From: Octopus sinensis
Lineage: Eukaryota
NCBI RefSeq assembly: GCF_006345805.1
Contig: NW_021833339.1
Coordinates: 1 to 27,861, forward strand
Reading direction: 5' to 3'
DNA: 27,861 nucleotides
Part shown: one piece after another, positions 21,842 through 27,861 of the stretch
How the letters are laid out: the number at the start of each line of letters is the position of its first letter
How positions within the stretch are numbered: the stretch's first letter is position 1
Position numbers and translations under genes: made by a program
The notes under the pieces: model-generated
Seen by the model: only the letters and a program-made list of their open reading frames with translations
Told to the model about the DNA's origin: nothing
Database searches by the model: none

Positions 21842-22064
21842 CCCTTTAGCATTCAAACCGGCCATATCCGGCCAAAATATTTAACCTGTTTTATATTGAA
21901 ACTGACCAGATATCGCCTCTCACCTCAGCCCTTCCATGTCATTCTAAAACTAAAAAACCACATCACTGAAAGCTCTAAACTACAAGAGCTTAATGCATGA
22001 TTAATTCAAACCATTTTAAATAAACAAACATCGCATTTGACAGAATAATCTGAACACTAAAGGG
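21842..22064. mobile_element. piggyBac-type non-autonomous MITE (223 bp)
   Basis: TTAA at 21838-21841 and 22065-22068; termini CCC...GGG; 14-bp TIRs CCCTTTAGCATTCA / TGAACACTAAAGGG match at 12/14; no ORF. Confidence 0.88.
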
Positions 22065-22319
22065 TTAAACTTTTTCGCCCTCAACTGGATAGAAGCGGGT
22101 TAAAAACTCGTGGTTTAAATGTTAGATGTTTTATTTTCGTTTAGTGTTTCTAATTTTTGCGCACAATTTCTGCAACCGGATTTATGACAAATGTTAAAGG
22201 AATGTTTGCTTGGTGTTACAGGGCTAGGTTGCGTTATTTATGATTGTTTTTAGTGATTTGGGGTTGAATGCGAATGTTGTTGACGATGATGATGTTAGTA
22301 AATACTCTCTCGATTACTG

Positions 22320-22643
22320 GTGATGAGGTGTGGCTTACTGGTTAGAGTATTCAGCTCCCGATCGTAAAGTCGTGAGTTCGATTCCCGACGGTACATAGTG
22401 TTTTCGAGAAAGATACTTTATTTCTCGTTGTTCCCGTCCGCTCAGCTGACAAAAGTGAGCAGTTCCCATATTTCAAAGGGTCAGCCCCGTCACGTTTTGC
22501 ATTACGCTCAATCTCCCTGACAACTACGTAAAGGGTTATGCGGATCTGTGGAGTACTCAGCCACGTTAATTTCACCAGTAGGCTGTTCCGTTGATCCGAT
22601 CAACTGGAATACTCATCATCGTAACCGACGGAGAACCAGTAAA
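22320..22643 (+). mobile_element. tRNA-derived SINE (head B, decayed CORE-like middle, tail Y)
   Basis: A-box-like tggcttactgg, B-box gagttcgattccc; 3' 200 bp related to the tail of 16056-16441. Confidence 0.85.
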
Positions 22644-23075
22644 TAATGTTTTGCTATTAGTCTTACAGTGTATGTTGGATACTAATTTTTACCATGTTTG
22701 TTTTTTTCCTTTTTCTCAAGTTTATTTTATTTATTTGTTTTGAAATTTCCTCGATCGGATTTTCATCGGTGAATTTCATTTGCGTTGCGGTCAGTTTTAT
22801 TCTCCTCTGTTTGATGTTATCTCTCATATTTCAAGTTCGATTATTCCTGAGCTGTGAAAGGATTTTATTTTTGCGTTGCCTCGTAGATGTGTTTTTAGAT
22901 GCCTCTGTGTTTTCTGGGATAAATCAATAAATAAACGAATGCATGAAATATAGAAAATCAGGAGGAGCTAGGTAAACATTTGTATCCAAGCGGGAAACTA
23001 AGATGAAGACACTCAAAAGAGAAGAACGAGCAACCCCAAGATCGATCGCATCGCAACCTATCTTTTATCTTTCCA

Positions 23076-23300
23076 CTTTTATTTGTTTCAGTCATTAGAC
23101 TGCGGCCATACTGGAGCATCGCTTTGAAACACTTTTAGTTGAATAAATCGATCCCATGATCGATTTGCTTTCTTTTTAAGCTTGCTACTTATTCTGTCAG
23201 GTTATTTTTGCCGAACTTCAAAGTTACGGGGACATAAACACACCAACACCGGTTGTAAAGTGGTGGTAGGGAACAAACACAGATAGAGACACACGCACAC
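23076..23300 (-). mobile_element. Older 3' half of the CORE-type SINE family
   Basis: Reverse complement aligns with 25000-25190 (tgtttcagtcatt.gactgcggccat.ctggagca; acaccaacaccggttgt). Confidence 0.8.
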
Positions 23301-23316
23301 ATACACACATATTAAT

Positions 23317-23352
<36 letters not shown>

Positions 23353-23380
23353 GCAGACAGACACAGACGGACAGAGAGAT
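23300..23380. repeat. (CA)n/(GA)n/(GACA)n microsatellites
   Basis: Direct reading. Confidence 0.9.
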
Positions 23381-23744
23381 CCAGATGTGTTTTCTGTATA
23401 GAAACCACATAGTAGTTGCCAATAGTTCTTCACTGAAGACGGAGGCCAGCTTACTGTAATGTTTATATGTATCTACTACTGGCATCATATCCTTAAATTT
23501 TTTATACACTCCATCTAGCAAAAATACCACAATTACGTAATTCCGGGCACTAAGAAACAACTGTCGCTCCTCAACTGTCGCTCCATGCCCTCTCCCCTTT
23601 AGCTTTCTGTATTTTTTTGTATTCTATGTAAATTTGTCCTCTAAATTGGTTCTGTGAATATATAATATTTATATGCTTATACACGAGTGTTCATCTTCTG
23701 ATATTTTCAGTTTTTATTTCCTTTTGTATATATTTCTAAATATA

Positions 23745-23746
23745 TT

Positions 23747-23834
<88 letters not shown>

Positions 23835-23872
23835 CCATATATATATATATATATACATACATATACATATGC
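23745..23872. repeat. (TA)n microsatellite
   Basis: Direct reading. Confidence 0.95.
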
Positions 23873-24430
23873 ACACATAACACACCACCCACTCACTCAC
23901 TGCACAAGTTAATGTTTCGTTGGTGACAGTGCTAATGTTGAATCTTGAAATGCCTTGAGTCTGTTCCTCGTTATGCTTTTATTTTTTGTTTGCTTTTCCA
24001 GAGTTTCTAAAACTATTTTCCAATTCTTCATTGACGTGCGAGGTGTTGTGATGTTCATTCATCACAATTTACTCTTGAAAAGTTAGGTGATTGCTTCCCA
24101 AGTAAATGTGTGAGGTCGGTGCATAGGAAGAAGTGAACGTAGTCAACCGGATGTGTGTTTAAAGTGTAAAAGGAGTTTGTTTCTGATACTGTTTTTCCTT
24201 TTGTTAATTGTATTATACAAAAGTCAGGAAGTGTTAAATGTCTTGGAATCTTCTCCGAAGAGAACGTTAATGTGATATACTTGGTTATGTAACGGGTTGC
24301 TACATATGGTGACCCCGGTTGTTAAATATTTATATCGATATTAAATTGCTTTGTGTTGCTAGTTTTCACTTTGAAAATATGCATTTTTGGTGTAGTGTTA
24401 TTATTTATCAGATGGGAATATCAGTTCTGA

Positions 24431-24490
24431 TACACACACACACACACACACACACACCAACACACACACCACAACACAACACACACCACC

Positions 24491-24527
<37 letters not shown>

Positions 24528-24585
24528 ATATAAATGTATATATATATATATATATATATTTATATTATTATTATTATTATTATTG
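24431..24585. repeat. (CA)n, (TA)n and (TTA)n compound microsatellite
   Basis: Direct reading. Confidence 0.95.
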
Positions 24586-24797
24586 TGTAGGTAGATTTTT
24601 ATGTCTTATGGACGACATCATTGGGAAAACAGATAACTCTGATTTGAATGACACGTGAGTCATGATGAAATACTTTTACTTCTAAAAAGGTATTTTTAAT
24701 GCCATTGTTCTATTGAACTGTTTTATAAAATTTGTGTCATGTTTGCAAAGATTATTCTTGTGTGAAGTGATTGTTTCTTTTTTAAAAAATATATATA

Positions 24798-25208
24798 GGC
24801 GCAGGAGTGGCTGTGTGGTAAGTAGCTTGCCTACCAACCACATGGTTCTGGGTTCAGTCCCACTGCGTGGCATCTTGGGCAAGTGTCTTCTGCTATAGCC
24901 TCGGGCCGACCAAAGCCTTCTGAGTGGATTTGGTAGACGGAAACTGAAAGAAGCCTGTCGTATATATGTATATATATATAACTGTATGTGCTTGTGTGTC
25001 TGTGTTTGTTCCCCTAGCATTGCTTGACAACCGATGCTGGTGTGTTTACGCCCCCGTCACTTAGCGGTTCGGCAAAAGAGACCGATAGAATAAGTACTGG
25101 GCTTACAAAGAATAAGTCCCGGGGTCGATTTGCTCGACTAAAGGTGGTGCTCCAGCATGGCCGCAGTCATATGACTGAAACAAGTAAAAAGAGAAAAAGA
25201 GAAAAGAG
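24798..25208 (+). mobile_element. Full-length CORE-type tRNA-derived SINE
   Basis: A-box-like tggctgtgtgg, B-box ggttcagtccc, CORE-like cttgggcaagtgtctt, internal TA/TG tract, short AAAGAG-repeat tail; no clear TSD. Confidence 0.92.
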
Positions 25209-26564
25209 ATATTAGCTAAGAAAGGAGATAACTAAATGTTTTGTTTTCATCCTTGATGCTACAATGGCTCAATTCGAACTATAAACTTTCTCTAAAGTAG
25301 AATGGAAGGAAAAAAACAATACATTCCAAGAATTACCTCCACTTCGTAATCTTTTCCATCTTTAAAGAAAAGTCTCATTTTATAAAATGTTTAATTCATA
25401 GGTTATGCGTATCCTGATTAGCATCAACAAGAAATTGTAAGACCTTCGTAATATGCAAACCAAAAACAACAACAACGACAACAATAGTGATAATAATTAA
25501 ATAAATAAATACGTAAACCCGATGCTTCAGTTTCCCTATAATTGCTCGAATCCATTAAAGACTGTTGACGGTGGTCTTGGTGTGTGTGTGTGTGTTTATG
25601 AATTAATGTCTGTTCCAATACATGTACGGTGGCTTACTACTATGAAATAAGAGCTTAAAACGATTGTCTACACCTCTAAGAATATATTGGAAAATGGCTT
25701 GTGAAGTCGTTCGTAGCTAAAACTGGAATTATTGGTTACAATAAAACATTTTCACAATATCCGCGACCCCAAGAGGAACCAGATGTACACATTTACATAT
25801 TTTCTGAATTATTTCTAAACGTTCTGGTTTCAGAGTTTTGTATACACTGTTTGATGCTTTCATACGTGTCTTCAGAGCCTACTCGTAGCCACTGTTGCTC
25901 TCTGGCGGTGTTTGTACGTATTTTGAGAAATATTTCTGTGAATTGAGAACTTAACAAACGACTGGCTTTCTAACCGTGACCAACCTGTCTTTCTTTCTGG
26001 CATATTATATTCATGTTGTATATTCAGAGATTTTAGTGATGATAAGCCAGTATTTACGAAATATTTAGTTGCAGTTTCTTTCATTCGATTGAGTGCGTAA
26101 AAAGCTTGTCTGCTAGTTCATGTGATTGTTGTTGATGTTGTTACTAAGGATTGTAGCGTTGGTGGGTTTGTTGGTGATGAAGTTACTGATAAAAGCCAAT
26201 GGAACGAGGAGGGGCGGAGTTGCGTTTGAAAGCGAGTGAGAAGATAAGAAGATGATCTGGAGATGATGTACGAGTACTATTTTGCATTTTATTTTTGTGT
26301 GTGACTTCGAGGAAATGAAGTGGTGATAACCCCCCGCCCCGACAGCCAAAGCTTATACCAACTACCTACCACATTCGTAGACATGGATGTATAGATTTAC
26401 GGAGCTGATCCCAATCTGTCCAACACTGTCACATTCGACTCTAGCATCAACTGATAAGAGCAAAAAAAAAAAACGCCTTAAAATTTGCTAAATCTTAACA
26501 GTCATTATCCGGTTTCGATTCCTTGTTATACCTGCTTCACTTCACTTAAGTCTCTCACTGCCGG

Positions 26565-26652
26565 TTTCTCTCTCTCTCCCTCTCCCTCTCTCTCTCTCCC
26601 CCTCTCCTCCCCCTCTCTCCCCTCTCTCCCTCTCTCTCTCTCTCTCTTTCTC
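26565..26652 (+). repeat. Polypyrimidine (CT)n/(CCT) tract, potential triplex (H-DNA)
   Basis: About 88 nt of essentially only C/T. Confidence 0.9.
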
Positions 26653-27499
26653 TAAGTAGTTAGTTGGTTGGTTGCCCTAGTTAACACTCTTGACGCCTTT
26701 AATTCTCTTCTCTCTCCCAATCCATTTTGTGTCTGTACGCCGGCTTCTAAAATTTAAATTTCCAAGTAGATAATACACATGGCTCTTATGGGTTGCCCCA
26801 TCATATCTTGTTGCTGGTATTGAAAAAACCCTTACTTTGAGGAAGACGATTTCCTGTAGTCATCAGACGGTAGGAAACACTAGGAAATAATTGAGCGATG
26901 TGAAGATGATTGTTTGGTTAACTTAAAGCTGTTACAAGCATTTCTTTCCAGGTTTATGGCCCTTAATTGATATGAAGAAACATAATTTGTTGTCTAAACA
27001 TATTTTAGAATGAGTGCACCTCAAAGGGGTCAAAAGATAAAAATGAGAATTTCATATATTGACAGAACCCCTTTTGTTGTTGAGTGAATAAATTTGATTT
27101 AATTGAATTTAGAATCTTTCCACCACATTTTAAAATCTTCAGTTGCTCTAATAAAATGGAAATCTAAAGTGGAAGCTGGTCAATCGGAATTGAAAGACAC
27201 TTTAACGAAGTAAGGGAACAGTGTAGATTCTAATATCCATGGCCCCCACGGAGAAAAATAAAGATACTCTCATGATGTTTGCGTTTAAGAAAGATGGGAA
27301 TACTAAATAGAACTAGCTCAATTGATACCGGGGATTGGGAGAAATCAATGACTGATACAGCGTTTCAACTGCGGTAGAAGACACTGCAGTATTTTTTTTC
27401 TTTTATAGAAATATTAAATTTTGGTCCACTTGAGACAGTTAAAATAATCATTCCTTCTGTCAATCTAGTTGAGAATAACACACAAAAACACAACGCATC

Positions 27500-27570
27500 A
27501 TTATATATATCTCTATCTATATATATATATATAATATATATATATTCTATATATTATATATATATATAAA
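27500..27570. repeat. (TA)n microsatellite
   Basis: Direct reading. Confidence 0.9.
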
Positions 27571-27691
27571 ACAAATTAAAAGAGTGGATTTGTCAGTATC
27601 CACTGTCACGTTTTTGTGACCCTCTCTCTCTCTCTCCATATATATATATATATATACGATATAGTGTATATTTAGACCCATAAGGAATCCA

Positions 27692-27854
27692 TTATAGGGA
27701 TTCTACACGCTAGAAAGAACAGCTAAGTTCTATAACCACAAAAATTACGGATAAAATGTTTTTCATTTCTAAGTTTATTCCTGTCGAATTTTATCCCTAA
27801 TTTTGGTGGGTTATAGAACTTAGCTGTTCTTTCTAGCGTATAGAATCCCTATAA
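27692..27854. mobile_element. Fold-back or MITE-like element with ~66-bp inverted arms (27692-27757 and 27788-27854)
   Basis: ttatagggattctacacgctagaaagaacagctaagttctataacc... pairs with ...ggttatagaacttagctgttctttctagcgtatagaatccctataa; may extend past the window end. Confidence 0.7.
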
Positions 27855-27861
27855 GTAGATT

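Noticed and set aside
22351-22575. Paired ORFs MKLTWLSTPQIR... at 21573 (+) and 22575 (-)
   Set aside because: Antisense readings of the inverted SINE tail copies; both start at a non-ATG codon (GTG)
27010-27210. MSAPQRGQKIKMRISY...LIKWKSK resembling a pogo/Brinker-type DNA-binding N-terminus
   Set aside because: Interrupted by stops, only impressionistic similarity, and no TIRs or DDE domain seen

Overview
AT-rich eukaryotic genomic DNA with no protein-coding gene that can be called with confidence; it reads as intronic or intergenic. The tRNA-derived SINE families and very high microsatellite density point to an octopus (coleoid cephalopod) genome, which is an inference from recalled repeat families and not a database result. 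Most of the longer ORFs in the supplied track are translations of microsatellites. The window holds about 9 tRNA-derived SINE copies or fragments (three with clear target-site duplications), a decayed L1/Tx1-type LINE ORF2 on the minus strand with a SINE nested in its RT domain, a TTAA-flanked piggyBac-type MITE, a fold-back MITE-like element at the right edge and many simple repeats. The most interesting signal is three sequence-unrelated fold-back elements (3240-3464, 12306-12454, 19028-19995). Each carries a minimal type I hammerhead-ribozyme-like motif with a palindromic stem III, as known from Penelope-like retroelements, but with non-canonical cores (U4C; a compensatory C3G/G8C swap). 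Each motif is paired with its own antisense copy and lies at or near a microsatellite. Ribozyme activity is untested.
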